64,000 nt of DNA from Methanomassiliicoccaceae archaeon (GCA_016281925.1 JAEEJP010000034.1:33665-97664), one strand, 5' to 3'; counted from the first letter of the stretch, positions 50,488 to 61,467 are shown. The notes: generated by a model from the sequence alone, not told the origin. Program-made: numbers and translations.

Positions 50488-52617
50488 ATGGCCTCCAACG
50501 TCGTCAGGGAACTCATCGGCAACAGAAAGCTCTGCATAAGCTGCCGCGCATGCGAGAACGTATGCGGGGAAAGCGCAATCTCTCTGGCTACCGACAACGT
50601 CGGGTTTCTGAGGTCTTCGGTCGACGAAAGCAGATGCACCGAATGCGGGAGATGCGCGGAAGTCTGCCCTGTTCTTTCACCGCTCCCGGAAAGCAAGAGG
50701 AGGCGCGATTACTATGCCTTCAGAGCCAGCGCGGAAGTGGCCAGCACCAGCTCCTCCGGAGGGGCATTCCCGATCCTGGCCGATTGGATGCTGGCCCGCG
50801 GGGGATGCGTCTGCGGGGTCATCCTCGAGGACGGGGTGAACGCCGTGTACGCTCTGACCGACGACAGGGACACCGTGCTGAAGATGCGCGGCCCGAAATA
50901 CGCCCCCAGCGACATGGGCCATATCTACGGGGAAATAAAGAAAAAACTGGATGAAGGCAGAGAGGTCCTCTTCGTCGGGATGCCCTGCCACGTCCATGCC
51001 CTGCTCAACATCGTAGGGGACCACCCCCATCTTTTCACCGCGGACATAGTATGCACCGGCCAGCCGTCCCCGATGATCTATCAGAAATACATCGAGGAGC
51101 TGTCCGCCGAGAAGCCCATCACCAACCTGGACTTCAACCCCAGAGGCCAGCCGAAGGGCTCCGTCGCGATAATGTATGCCGACGGATCGTTCAGGATGTC
51201 AGTCTACGATCCCTTCGTGAGGGCATGCAATGCGAGCCTGATCATCAACCAGGGATGCGCCGCATGCAGGTTCATAGACGACAGGCCCGGCGACATAACC
51301 CTGGGAGACCTCGCGGGAAGCGACAAAGTGGCCGGCAGCGCCGCCGGGACGATCAGCCTGGTCATGGTGAACAGCCAGAAAGGCGCGGCCATGGCCTTCG
51401 ACATGAACGACGCGGCCGATTTCGCCGAAAGGATACCCAAACCGAACCTGGAGGAGAACCCCGGGCTGAAACATGAACGCAGGCTGCATCTGGCCTGGAT
51501 AAGGATGGTCCACTTCATCCAGCGCGGGCATCCGGTCGCGAAATCCATCAGCTACTGCCTCAGATGGAAATTCGACGTGGGAATCACCGGATTCTGGCGC
51601 GTCCGCAATTTCGGCGGGGAGCTCACCTATTACGCTCTTTACCACACCATGATAGACATGGGTCTGGAGCCCCTCATGATCGAATCCAGAAGGGCCTCCA
51701 AAAGGAACGCTCCCCCGAGCCCTCCCCTTCTGGCGACGAAATATCCGTTCTACAACATAGCGAAATGGTACGCCAAAAAGGAGGATCAGGAGGAGCTCAA
51801 CGACAGGATAGACAATTTCATAGTCGGGTCGGACCAGGTCTGGAACAGGAAGTTCATCACCCAGGACATCCTGGAATGCTATACCCTGGATTTCGTCCAC
51901 GACGACAAGAACAAGATCGCCATCGCTTCGTCTTTCGGGACGGACAGATTCGAGGGGACGGAAGAGGAGAAGGAATCCTTCGCCGCGCTGCTCAGAAGGA
52001 TCGACCATCTTTCCGTGCGCGAGAACTCCGCCGCGGAGCTCTGCAGGGAGCTGGGGGCGGAGGCGGACATACTCATCGATCCCGTCATGATCTGCGATGT
52101 GAAGCATTTCGAAGCCCTTTCGGAAGCTTCCAACGCGCGCTATCCGCTCCAGTTCGCCTTCAACTACATGATGCACCCGGTCAACTTCGAAGGCATGGAG
52201 AAGATCTACGATGAGCTCGGATACGGCCCGGTGACCGCCGGGAACGCGTCCTCGAACTTCAACGAGAGGATAGATTATCCCAGGACATCCGTCGGAACCG
52301 TCGAGAACTGGATGAAAGGTCTCAGAAGCTCGTCGTTCGTGGTAACGGATTCGTTCCACGGGACGGTGTTCTCCGTCCTTTTCAGGAAACCGTTCGTAAC
52401 TCTGATCGGAGAATGGGACGAGGGATCGGGAGTCGGCAGGATTACGACCCTGCTGAAAACCCTGGGCCTCGAAGAGCGCATCTGCAGGACGCCGCAGGAA
52501 GCGGTGGAATCCGGGGTTCTGTTCGCGCCCATAGATTACGACGAAGTCCACAGGAAACTGGATAAGGAACGCGAGATCGCCATGGCCTGGGTGAAGAACG
52601 CCCTGAACCTGGCATGA
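50488..52617 (+). CDS. 4Fe-4S/FrhB-like + polysaccharide pyruvyltransferase fusion (copy 1)
   Basis: Two CxxCxxCxxxC motifs, SSSGG, VGMPCH, DIVC, DITLGD; NFGG.L, GSDQVWN, SVRE, DPV, TDSFHG. Confidence 0.88.
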   Translation: MASNVVRELIGNRKLCISCRACENVCGESAISLATDNVGFLRSSVDESRCTECGRCAEVCPVLSPLPESKRRRDYYAFRASAEVASTSSSGGAFPILADWMLARGGCVCGVILEDGVNAVYALTDDRDTVLKMRGPKYAPSDMGHIYGEIKKKLDEGREVLFVGMPCHVHALLNIVGDHPHLFTADIVCTGQPSPMIYQKYIEELSAEKPITNLDFNPRGQPKGSVAIMYADGSFRMSVYDPFVRACNASLIINQGCAACRFIDDRPGDITLGDLAGSDKVAGSAAGTISLVMVNSQKGAAMAFDMNDAADFAERIPKPNLEENPGLKHERRLHLAWIRMVHFIQRGHPVAKSISYCLRWKFDVGITGFWRVRNFGGELTYYALYHTMIDMGLEPLMIESRRASKRNAPPSPPLLATKYPFYNIAKWYAKKEDQEELNDRIDNFIVGSDQVWNRKFITQDILECYTLDFVHDDKNKIAIASSFGTDRFEGTEEEKESFAALLRRIDHLSVRENSAAELCRELGAEADILIDPVMICDVKHFEALSEASNARYPLQFAFNYMMHPVNFEGMEKIYDELGYGPVTAGNASSNFNERIDYPRTSVGTVENWMKGLRSSSFVVTDSFHGTVFSVLFRKPFVTLIGEWDEGSGVGRITTLLKTLGLEERICRTPQEAVESGVLFAPIDYDEVHRKLDKEREIAMAWVKNALNLA

Positions 52618-52660
52618 CAGGTCAGGCCCGACGCGGATAAAAGCATCGGGCCCGGCCCGG

Positions 52661-54817
52661 TCATTCGATGTTAAGGGCCATCTTGACCCACTTGATGTCC
52701 TTTTCCTTCAGTTTGCCGAGAGCCTTGTGGATCGGTTCGTAATCGATCTCCTTCTCCATGACATCCGAAGCGAGGGCGTCATCTACGGTCCTGAACAGGC
52801 GGTCCTCCAGGCCGAAGTTCCTGAGCAGGGTCTCCAGCCTGGTCAGCCCCCCTGTTTTGTCGAGGTTCCCGTGCAGAACGACGAAAGGCTTCCTGAACAG
52901 TATCGAAAACACGGTCGCATGGAAGGAATCCGTCAGAACGAAGGACGAATTTCTGATGCACTTGACCCAATCGCTGACCGAATGCATGTTGATGGTCAGC
53001 AGATCGTAATTCTTGGTATCCAATATGTAATTCAGGACGGTGACCGGCCCGTATCCCAGTCTGCTGTAGAACTTCTCCATGCCCACGAAGATCTCCGGAT
53101 GCATCACATAATTGAATACGTATTTCTCCGGGAACGCGTGGTCGTTGGTGCTTATGAGCTCGTCGAAGTGCTTCGGATCGCAGAGCATGACCGGATCCAG
53201 GATCACGTACGATTCCTTCCCGAAGCTCTCGATGATCTCCTGGGCCTGGCTCTCGCGCACGGATATATGGTTGAATCTCCTTATGAGCTTCGCGAAGCGC
53301 GCGGTCTCCTCCTCGTTGCCCTCGAACCTGTCCGTCCCGAAGGATGCCGCTATGGCGACTTTGTTCCTCCAGTCGGCCACGAAATCCAGGGCGTAGCATT
53401 CCAGCGATGGCTGGGAGACGAAACGGCGGTTCCAGACCTGGTCCGATCCGACCACGAAATTGGTGACGCGGAGGTTGAGCTCGTTCTGCTCCTCTATGTT
53501 GGGATACCATCTGGCCTTGGCATAGAACGGATACGCCCCTTTCAGCAGCTTGGGGTCCGGCGGCGCCCCCTTGAAATCATGGCGGGCCTCGATGAATATC
53601 GGCTCCTGGCCCAGATCCAGCATCAGATTGTACAGGGCGTAATATGTCAGCTCCCCGCCGAAATTGTGGACGCGCCAGAATCCGGTGATCCCTACGTCGT
53701 ATTTCCAGCCGAGGCAGTAATCCAGCGCTTTCTGTATGTGCACCCCGCGGTCCAGCATGTCGAATATCCTGGAGCGGCCGAGATGCGGCTTCGTCTTGGA
53801 GGAAGAGGTCTTGTTGAATCTCTTCAGGAACGACAGCGGCACGGAGCTTACGTATTCGGCCGAAGCCTGGACGCTTTCGAAGATCTCTTTCCCGCGGTCG
53901 TTGTTGACGATCACGCTGCTGATCCCGTTCTTGAGATCGGTATCGGAAATGATTTTGTCCGCGTTCCAGAGGTCTCCGACGGTCAGATCCCCCTGTCTCG
54001 GCAGCCCGAACTGGCATTGGGCGCAGGATTTGTTTTTGATGAGCCCTTTCACGAAAGCCCTCATATAAAGGTCGCTGTGGATCACTTCGGAGCTTCCGTC
54101 CTTGAAAACCACTTTGAGGGAGCCGTATGGGACGCCGGCGCTGCGGAATCTGACGTCTGCCACCTCCTTTCCGTATGTCTCTTCCAGGCTGGCTATGTAT
54201 TTCTTGAACACTTTCTTGGATGCGAACCCGCCGCAGAGGAGATCGACGGTGATCAGATTCTCGCTGTCTTTGAACATGTTTTTGACTGCGGCGACCTGGC
54301 ATGAGCATCCGACGAAAAGGACGCGGGAGCCTTCTGAAAGCTTCTCCTTTATCCTGGAGTATATGCCGTTCATGTCGCTGAACACATATTTAGACCCGTG
54401 GAACGGAGCGACGCCCTCTTTGCTCTCCACCATGTCGTAAACGGCGTTGAATTCGTCGTCGTAAACCACGCCGCATATATATCCGGGGCTGTCGCGGAAG
54501 ACCGCATCGCTTATCAGAGACAGCGCACCTCCGGATGAGCTCTTCTCCAGAATGCCGGACGGCGCTTTGACCGCATAGCAGTCCGGATCAGGGTTGTTAT
54601 CAAAAACTGGATTGATCTGGGGGCATACACGCTCGCACGCCCCGCAATCGATGCATACGGACTTGTCTACGACCGCGACCGGGAAGCCTTCTTTGGTCTC
54701 CTCCATCGTTATGCAATTCTTGACGCAGATGCTTTGGCATGCTGCGCATCCAGCGCATTCCTTACTGAGCTCTGACAAGGCATCGATACAAGTCAATTCT
54801 ATACCCAGACCTACCAT
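52661..54817 (-). CDS. 4Fe-4S/FrhB-like + polysaccharide pyruvyltransferase fusion (copy 2)
   Basis: Same motif set: SSSGG, GSKY, GCSCQ, DLTVGDLW, GSDQVWN, SVRE, TDSFHA. Confidence 0.88.
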   Translation of the reverse strand: MVGLGIELTCIDALSELSKECAGCAACQSICVKNCITMEETKEGFPVAVVDKSVCIDCGACERVCPQINPVFDNNPDPDCYAVKAPSGILEKSSSGGALSLISDAVFRDSPGYICGVVYDDEFNAVYDMVESKEGVAPFHGSKYVFSDMNGIYSRIKEKLSEGSRVLFVGCSCQVAAVKNMFKDSENLITVDLLCGGFASKKVFKKYIASLEETYGKEVADVRFRSAGVPYGSLKVVFKDGSSEVIHSDLYMRAFVKGLIKNKSCAQCQFGLPRQGDLTVGDLWNADKIISDTDLKNGISSVIVNNDRGKEIFESVQASAEYVSSVPLSFLKRFNKTSSSKTKPHLGRSRIFDMLDRGVHIQKALDYCLGWKYDVGITGFWRVHNFGGELTYYALYNLMLDLGQEPIFIEARHDFKGAPPDPKLLKGAYPFYAKARWYPNIEEQNELNLRVTNFVVGSDQVWNRRFVSQPSLECYALDFVADWRNKVAIAASFGTDRFEGNEEETARFAKLIRRFNHISVRESQAQEIIESFGKESYVILDPVMLCDPKHFDELISTNDHAFPEKYVFNYVMHPEIFVGMEKFYSRLGYGPVTVLNYILDTKNYDLLTINMHSVSDWVKCIRNSSFVLTDSFHATVFSILFRKPFVVLHGNLDKTGGLTRLETLLRNFGLEDRLFRTVDDALASDVMEKEIDYEPIHKALGKLKEKDIKWVKMALNIE

Positions 54818-54886
54818 GCCGAATCTACTATTTTATATGCGCCATCCCGGAATACGGAGCGCCAGACCGTCCGCATGGACCGGGGC

Positions 54887-57016
54887 TCAGGACAGCTGGA
54901 GGGAGCTGAGTATCCATTCTATGGATTCGTCGCGTCCGAGCGCTATCCTCTCGTGGACTGCGTCGTAATCTATGCTTTCATTCAGGACGCCGGAATCCAG
55001 AAGCCCGCGGATATCCCCGAACATGCGGTTCTCCAGGCCTGCGATCATGAGCAGCGAAGACGTCCTCCCTTCGCGCTCGGGCTCCGCCCTCGTCACGACG
55101 GCGAAAGGCTTCCTGAACAGGATGGCGAATGCGGCGGCATAATACGAATCTGTGACGACGAACGACGAATTGTCTATGCATTTCAGCCAGTTCTCGATCG
55201 AATATATGTTGGTGATAGGGAACTGGGTCTTCAGATTGAAGTTCGTCTCCGCGCTGCCGACGCATATCTGCCCCAGGCCCAAGGCATCTGCGACGGCTTC
55301 GAACCCTTCCAGATCCTTCGGGTGGAGGGCATATATGAGCACATATCCCTTGGGGAAGGAAGCCTTGGAATCCGCCATGAGATCGCTGTAGTGCCTGGGG
55401 TCGCAGAGGAAGACCGGATCCATTATTATCTTGGCTTCGACGCCCATGGATTCGCATATGCTGCGCGAGGAAACATCGCAGACGGAGACTTTGTCCAGCC
55501 TGCCAAGGATCTTCCCGAGCCTGGCCCTGTCCTCGTCCGTGCCCTCGAAATTGGCGGAGCCGAAGCTGGAGGCTATGGAGATCTTGTTCCTCCAGGACGG
55601 GATGAAATCCAGGGAATAGCATTCCACGACGTTCTGGCCGATTATCCTTCTGTCCCATATGGGGCCGGGGCCGGAGATGGCATTGTAGACTCTGGCGCCT
55701 ATCTCGGTCTGCTCCCTGATTGTGGAGTACCATTTGGCCCTCGAATTGGCGGTATAACGGTTGCTGAACAGCGCCGGCTCGCTGGGATGGCCGGTGATAT
55801 CGTTCCTGGATTCTATCAGCAGAGGCTCCATGTCCCTGTCCCTGAAGAACATGAACAGAGCATAATACGAAAGCTCGCCGCCGTAGTCGTTGATCCTCCA
55901 GAAGCCGGTGATCCCCATGTCGAACCTGCCGGCGAGGCAGTAATCCACCGATTTCGCCACGGGATAGCCGCGGTCGACCATGTCGAAGAGCCTCTGCCTG
56001 GATTCGTGGACGGAAAGCCTGGGGCCCATCCTGTTGAAGCGCCTCAGGAAATCCAGCGGGATCTCCCTCAGATACGCCGCCCTCCCGGATATGGCCTCGA
56101 ACATCTCCCGCCCTTTGGGCGTGCTCACCAGAACGGCGCTGATCCCTTCCGAGATGTCGGTGTCGCGGATGTATCTCTCCGCATTCCAGAGATCGCCGAT
56201 GGTCATGTCGCCGGGCCTGGGGGAGGCCGCGAACTTGCAGTCCCCGCATGCCTGGTTCTTCATCAGATGCTTGTTGTAGCCGGCGAAATACTTGTCTCCG
56301 AAGGACAGCCTGCTGGTTCCGTCGGCGTAATCTATGGCGAGCATCCCGTACGGATATCCCTTTTTCCTGAACGAGAGGCCGGATACGGGCTTCTCGGAGG
56401 ATATTTCCGCCACATACTTCTGGAATACTCCCTTCGACGGCTGGCCTCCGCATATGAGATCGACGCAGTAAAGGTGATCGCTGTCTCCGATGCGGTTCCT
56501 GACCGCCTTCACCTGGCACGGAAGCCCTACGAAAAGCACGTCGCGGCCCTCCTTTAGCTTCTCGGAGATCCCGGAGTATATGCCGCGCATCTCGCTGAAA
56601 ACGTACTTAGAGCCGCGCATCCTGGCGATCTCGTCCCTGTCGTCGGTCAGTTCGTATACGGCATTGAAATCCCCGTCGAAGACGACGCCGCATACTAATC
56701 CGCCTTTTTCCAGGATGAAATCCGCCAGAAGGGAGAACGCGCCTCCGGATGAGCTCAGGGAAAGCTCCGGCTGGGGAGCCTTCAGAGCGTACGCCGGCGG
56801 CGAATCGCTGGATTCGGATTCGAAATTCAGCTGCGGGCAGACCATCACGCAGGACTCGCATCCGTTGCACATGGAATCGTCCACGTGCGCCCTGCAGAAG
56901 CCTTCCGCATCCAAGCTCATGATGATGGCGCTGTGATTGCATGCGCTCTCGCAAGCATAGCATCCGACGCAGAATTTCTTCGCTTTGGGGAGTTCTGTCC
57001 CTACGTTGATGACCAT
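54887..57016 (-). CDS. 4Fe-4S/FrhB-like + polysaccharide pyruvyltransferase fusion (copy 3; transferase motifs degenerate)
   Basis: Fe-S/FrhB motifs intact; GPGPIW, SVCD and TDSYY replace GSDQVW, SVRE and TDSFH. Confidence 0.85.
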   Translation of the reverse strand: MVINVGTELPKAKKFCVGCYACESACNHSAIIMSLDAEGFCRAHVDDSMCNGCESCVMVCPQLNFESESSDSPPAYALKAPQPELSLSSSGGAFSLLADFILEKGGLVCGVVFDGDFNAVYELTDDRDEIARMRGSKYVFSEMRGIYSGISEKLKEGRDVLFVGLPCQVKAVRNRIGDSDHLYCVDLICGGQPSKGVFQKYVAEISSEKPVSGLSFRKKGYPYGMLAIDYADGTSRLSFGDKYFAGYNKHLMKNQACGDCKFAASPRPGDMTIGDLWNAERYIRDTDISEGISAVLVSTPKGREMFEAISGRAAYLREIPLDFLRRFNRMGPRLSVHESRQRLFDMVDRGYPVAKSVDYCLAGRFDMGITGFWRINDYGGELSYYALFMFFRDRDMEPLLIESRNDITGHPSEPALFSNRYTANSRAKWYSTIREQTEIGARVYNAISGPGPIWDRRIIGQNVVECYSLDFIPSWRNKISIASSFGSANFEGTDEDRARLGKILGRLDKVSVCDVSSRSICESMGVEAKIIMDPVFLCDPRHYSDLMADSKASFPKGYVLIYALHPKDLEGFEAVADALGLGQICVGSAETNFNLKTQFPITNIYSIENWLKCIDNSSFVVTDSYYAAAFAILFRKPFAVVTRAEPEREGRTSSLLMIAGLENRMFGDIRGLLDSGVLNESIDYDAVHERIALGRDESIEWILSSLQLS

Positions 57017-57160
57017 GCGGAGGCGTAGTGGTTTTCGGTATAAATTAGCACTTTCCCTGCCGGACGCTGTCCCTGTATTTAGGCGGCCCCAGACCGACAA
57101 AGGCTGGGCGGCTGCCGGCAGCCACAGAATAAGTTTATTATTCAATGACTATCAGGCACC

Positions 57161-59317
57161 ATGGAACATGTGGTCGATGCGCTAGAAGAATTAGAGAAAA
57201 GCTGTCTGGGGTGCTACGCATGCAAGAATGTCTGTCTCAGCGCTGCCATCTCCATCGATCTGAACGACGAAGGGTTCCTCAAATCATCGATCGACCCGGA
57301 ATTATGCTCTGAATGCGGCATGTGCATCGACGTGTGCCCCATCATCAACCACAGCACCGGCATCAACATGCATCGTCCCAGATCATATGCTTTCATGGCC
57401 AACGACAAAGTCCTCGCCATGAGCTCTTCCGGAGGCGTCGTATCGATTCTTGCCGGCTGGGCCCTCTACAACGACGGATACGTGTGCGGAGCCCTGTACG
57501 ACGACGACATGAACGTGGTGTACAAGCTGACGAACGACAGGAACACCATCAGACGCATGTACGGCTCGAAATACGCTCTGAGCGAGATGAGAGGGATATA
57601 CAAAGACGTCAAGGCCTGCCTGAGCCAGGGGCACATCGTCCTTTTCGTCGGGCTTCCGTGCCATGCCGCCGCCCTCAGGAATTACATCGGCGAAAACGAT
57701 AAGCTGTTCACAGTAGACCTGATATGTTCCGGGATGCCGTCCAAGAGCATCTACAAAAAATACATCAAAGAGGAAGCCGAAGGGAAGAAGATAAAGAATC
57801 TGACTTTCCGCAGCAAAAAAGTCCCTTACGGAACCCTGATTTTCGATTTCGCGGACGGGACCAGCAAGACCAACTACAAAGACCCGTACTTCGCCGGCTT
57901 CAACGCCAGCCTTTACAAGGACGACTGCTGCGCCAACTGCGACTTCGCGGCCGCCCCCAGGCATGCGGATCTGACCATCGGCGATCTGTGGGATTCGGAA
58001 AGGCTGTTCTACGACTTCGATCCCAGCAAAGGGGTCAGCGCGGTCCTGGTCAACAACGCGGCCGGAAGAAGGCTGATGAACGTCCTCATAGAGAATTCGG
58101 CGTTCCTCAGGGAGATCCCGTTCGATTTCGTGAGGCGCTTCAACAGGCTCCATCCCGAGCGCAAGCACCATCTGGGCAGGAAAAGGATGTACTACATGCT
58201 TGAGCGCGGGTATTCGGTCAGAAAATCCATCAAATACTGCCTGGAATGGAAATACGACGTGGGCATAACCGGGCTGTGGAGAGTCCCGAACTACGGCGGG
58301 GACCTGACTTATTACGCTCTGTTCAACATAATCAAGGACCTCGGGCTGGAGCCCGCGATGATAGAGGCCCGCAGCAACAACAAATTCGTCGTCCCCGGGA
58401 GCCCGAAGCGCCTGGTGAACGCCTATCCGATCTACAGCATCATACCTTGGGCGCATGACAAGCGCCAGCAGACCGAGGTGAACCTCAGGATATACACCCT
58501 CATGGTCGGATCCGACCAGGTCTGGAACCCCGATCTGTTCGTGGGGCATCCCGAGACCGTATATTCCTATGCGCTGGATTTCGCCACTCCCTGGCGCAAC
58601 ACGGTCGCATACGCGTCCTCGTTCGGGAAATCGGTTTACCAGCCCGAAACCGAGATCGAGAAGGAGCAGGTGAAGGCCCTCCGCAACATCAAGCACGTCT
58701 CCGTCCGCGAGAAATCGGGGGTGGACATATGCGAGAGCCTGGGCATAGAGGCGAAGCATGTCCTCGACCCGGTCATGCTGTGCGGGATGCAGCATTATCA
58801 GACCCTGCTCGACAAAGCTACCATGGAATTCCCGGAGCGCTATGGGCTCTGCTTCATCAGGCACATAGGGGACCACATCGAACCCCTCAGACTGGCCGAT
58901 TTCATAGGCCTTGATTTCGTGAACATAGTCGGTCCCGACATCAATCTGGATGAGGTCAGGACCCCGTACCCGATGACCCATGCGGTCACGGTCGAGAACT
59001 GGGTCAAATCCATATTCTACGCCGAGCACGTGCTCACCGACTCGTTCCATGCCGTGGCGCTCTGCATCGTCTTCGGGAAGCAGTTCACGATAACCTACGG
59101 GAACATGAGCGAAGAGACCGGCCTGGACCGCTTCAGATCGCTGCTGGGACTGTTCGACCTGGAGCACAGGATGTACAAGACCACCTGGGACGCCGTCACT
59201 TCCAAGGATTTCGGGAAGCCGATAGATTACGCCCAGGTCCGCGCCAAATTGGAGAGCCTGAGGGAGGAATCCCTGAACTGGCTCAAAGAAGCCCTGGAAA
59301 TAGAGAAGGATTATTGA
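57161..59317 (+). CDS. 4Fe-4S/FrhB-like + polysaccharide pyruvyltransferase fusion (copy 4)
   Basis: Same motif set as copies 1 and 2. Confidence 0.88.
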   Translation: MEHVVDALEELEKSCLGCYACKNVCLSAAISIDLNDEGFLKSSIDPELCSECGMCIDVCPIINHSTGINMHRPRSYAFMANDKVLAMSSSGGVVSILAGWALYNDGYVCGALYDDDMNVVYKLTNDRNTIRRMYGSKYALSEMRGIYKDVKACLSQGHIVLFVGLPCHAAALRNYIGENDKLFTVDLICSGMPSKSIYKKYIKEEAEGKKIKNLTFRSKKVPYGTLIFDFADGTSKTNYKDPYFAGFNASLYKDDCCANCDFAAAPRHADLTIGDLWDSERLFYDFDPSKGVSAVLVNNAAGRRLMNVLIENSAFLREIPFDFVRRFNRLHPERKHHLGRKRMYYMLERGYSVRKSIKYCLEWKYDVGITGLWRVPNYGGDLTYYALFNIIKDLGLEPAMIEARSNNKFVVPGSPKRLVNAYPIYSIIPWAHDKRQQTEVNLRIYTLMVGSDQVWNPDLFVGHPETVYSYALDFATPWRNTVAYASSFGKSVYQPETEIEKEQVKALRNIKHVSVREKSGVDICESLGIEAKHVLDPVMLCGMQHYQTLLDKATMEFPERYGLCFIRHIGDHIEPLRLADFIGLDFVNIVGPDINLDEVRTPYPMTHAVTVENWVKSIFYAEHVLTDSFHAVALCIVFGKQFTITYGNMSEETGLDRFRSLLGLFDLEHRMYKTTWDAVTSKDFGKPIDYAQVRAKLESLREESLNWLKEALEIEKDY

Positions 59318-59331
59318 GGGGGACAGCCCCC

Positions 59332-61467
59332 TCAGCGCTCTATGGCATTCTCGAGCCAGGCCATGCATTCGGCCTTCAGAGGCTCGAGCTTCTTGTATAC
59401 GGCGTCGTAATCGATCTCGCGCTTGTGGATGCCCGCCTGCACGGCCTCCTCCGTGGTCCTGAACAGACGGTCGCTCAGGCCCAGGCATGCCAGCAGGGAG
59501 GACATGCGTCCGTTGCCGGAAGTCTCGTCCATGCGGCCGTACACCGAAACGAACTGCTTCCTGAACAGTATGGCCAGGACGGTGGCGTGGAACGAATCCG
59601 TCAGTATGAACTCAGCCCCGCTTATCGATTTGATCCAGTTCTCCACGGAATGGACGTTGATCAGAGGATACGAAACGGACTTACTGTAATCCAGTTCCGG
59701 CCCGCCGACGTTCAGGGCGCTCATCCCCAGCGCGGAGGACATCATCATCGGATCCATGTGCACGTTGATGTGGCGGATGAAAGCCAGCATATACCTGCGC
59801 GGGAACTGCATGTCGGCTTTCTCGATCAGCTCCTCGTAATGCTTCATGTCGCAGAGCATGACCGGATCCAGGACCTGCCTGGCTTCTATGCCGAATTTCT
59901 CGCATATGTCCACGCCCGATTTCTCGCGGACGGAGACGTGCTTTATGCGCCTGATGAGGTCTATCAGCTCTTTCTTCAGGGGAGTGTCGGCTTCGTACGT
60001 GGTGGCCCCGAAGGACGAGGCGTATGCCACCGAATTCCTCCACGGCGGCACGAAATCCAGGGCGTATGCCTTCACTCCGCCCGGAGACAGAAGCTTAGGG
60101 TTCCAGACCTGGTCCGACCCGACCATGACGTTCCTCACGCGGAGATTGATCTCGGCCTGCCTCTCCCTGTTGGGATACCACGGCGCGATGCTGAACAGAG
60201 GATACTTGGTGTCCATGTGCAACGGGCTCGGGGGCGATCCCGGAGGGGCGGCAGGATTGCATGCCTCCACGAAAACCGGCTCCAGGCCCATGTCCAGGAT
60301 CACGTTGTACAGCGCATAATAGGTGAGATCCCCGCCGTAGTTGGGGGCGCGCCAGAACCCGGTTATCGCCACGTCATATTTCGAATTGATGGAGTAATCC
60401 AGGGCCTTCCCGATGCTGTAGCCCCTGTCGAGGAGGTAGTGGAACCTCTCGCTTGCCGGTCCCGCCGGGCGCTTCACATTGAATCTGTTGAAGCGCTGGG
60501 CGAAGGACATCGGGATCTCCCTGAGGAAGGAAGCGCTCTCCGAAAGGACGCCGAACATCTCCCTCCCTCTCTCGCTGTTGACCACGACGCAGCTTATTCC
60601 GGTCTTCGCGTCGAGGTCATAGATGATTTTGTCGTAATTCCAGAGGTCGCCGATGGTCACGTCCCCCTGCCTCGGGATGGACGCGAACTCGCACTCGGCG
60701 CAGGAACCGCTCTTGAACATATGCCTCAGGAACCCGGCGAAATACATGTCGCGGAAATTGGTCTTCCTGGTGCCGTCCTCGTATTCTATCACGAGAGTCC
60801 CGTATGGTAGCTCGCTGTCGCGGAATATGAGATTCTTGATCTTCTTGCCGCATGAGATTTCGTCCAGATACTTCCGGTACATCCCCTTGGCGGGAAGCCC
60901 GGCGCAGAGGAGGTCGACGGTGTACAGGTTTTCTTTGTCTTTGATGCGGTTCTTGACCGCGGCGACCTGGCAGGGACAGCCCACGAACAGAACCTCCTTC
61001 CCGGATCCCAGAGCTTCTTCGATCTCCCCGTATATCCCGCCCATCTCGCTGAAAACATACTTGGACTTCTGCATGTCCCTGACGACGCCGATGTCCTGGG
61101 TCATTCTGTATACGGCATTGAGATCGCCGTCGAATACCACGCCGCAGACGTATCCCCCGCGGGAGATCATCCATTGGGCCAGAGGGAAGAACGCGCCTCC
61201 CGAGGAGCTTCTGAGAACCTCGCTTTCTTCGGCCCTGAAAGCGTAGAAGCTGGGCTGGGGATCGTTGGAATGGTCCGGATTGAGGACAGGACATACCTTG
61301 GAGCAAAGGCCGCAATCCACGCAGCTGAGGATGTCGACCGAGGACCTGCATATGCCTTCGTCGTCCAATACCATATTGATGGCGTCTTTGGGGCAGACGC
61401 TGGCGCACGCGGCGCAGCCGCAGCAATCCTTTCCCTTGCTGCGGAGATCGATGACCACATCGGACAT
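59332..61467 (-). CDS. 4Fe-4S/FrhB-like + polysaccharide pyruvyltransferase fusion (copy 5)
   Basis: Same motif set as copies 1 and 2. Confidence 0.88.
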   Translation of the reverse strand: MSDVVIDLRSKGKDCCGCAACASVCPKDAINMVLDDEGICRSSVDILSCVDCGLCSKVCPVLNPDHSNDPQPSFYAFRAEESEVLRSSSGGAFFPLAQWMISRGGYVCGVVFDGDLNAVYRMTQDIGVVRDMQKSKYVFSEMGGIYGEIEEALGSGKEVLFVGCPCQVAAVKNRIKDKENLYTVDLLCAGLPAKGMYRKYLDEISCGKKIKNLIFRDSELPYGTLVIEYEDGTRKTNFRDMYFAGFLRHMFKSGSCAECEFASIPRQGDVTIGDLWNYDKIIYDLDAKTGISCVVVNSERGREMFGVLSESASFLREIPMSFAQRFNRFNVKRPAGPASERFHYLLDRGYSIGKALDYSINSKYDVAITGFWRAPNYGGDLTYYALYNVILDMGLEPVFVEACNPAAPPGSPPSPLHMDTKYPLFSIAPWYPNRERQAEINLRVRNVMVGSDQVWNPKLLSPGGVKAYALDFVPPWRNSVAYASSFGATTYEADTPLKKELIDLIRRIKHVSVREKSGVDICEKFGIEARQVLDPVMLCDMKHYEELIEKADMQFPRRYMLAFIRHINVHMDPMMMSSALGMSALNVGGPELDYSKSVSYPLINVHSVENWIKSISGAEFILTDSFHATVLAILFRKQFVSVYGRMDETSGNGRMSSLLACLGLSDRLFRTTEEAVQAGIHKREIDYDAVYKKLEPLKAECMAWLENAIER

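Noticed and set aside
50488-61467. Annotating the five paralogs as true F420-reducing hydrogenase subunits, or as an invertible shufflon
   Set aside because: They are fused to pyruvyltransferase domains with no frhA/frhG nearby; I saw no recombinase or flanking inverted repeats, and the copies are strongly diverged
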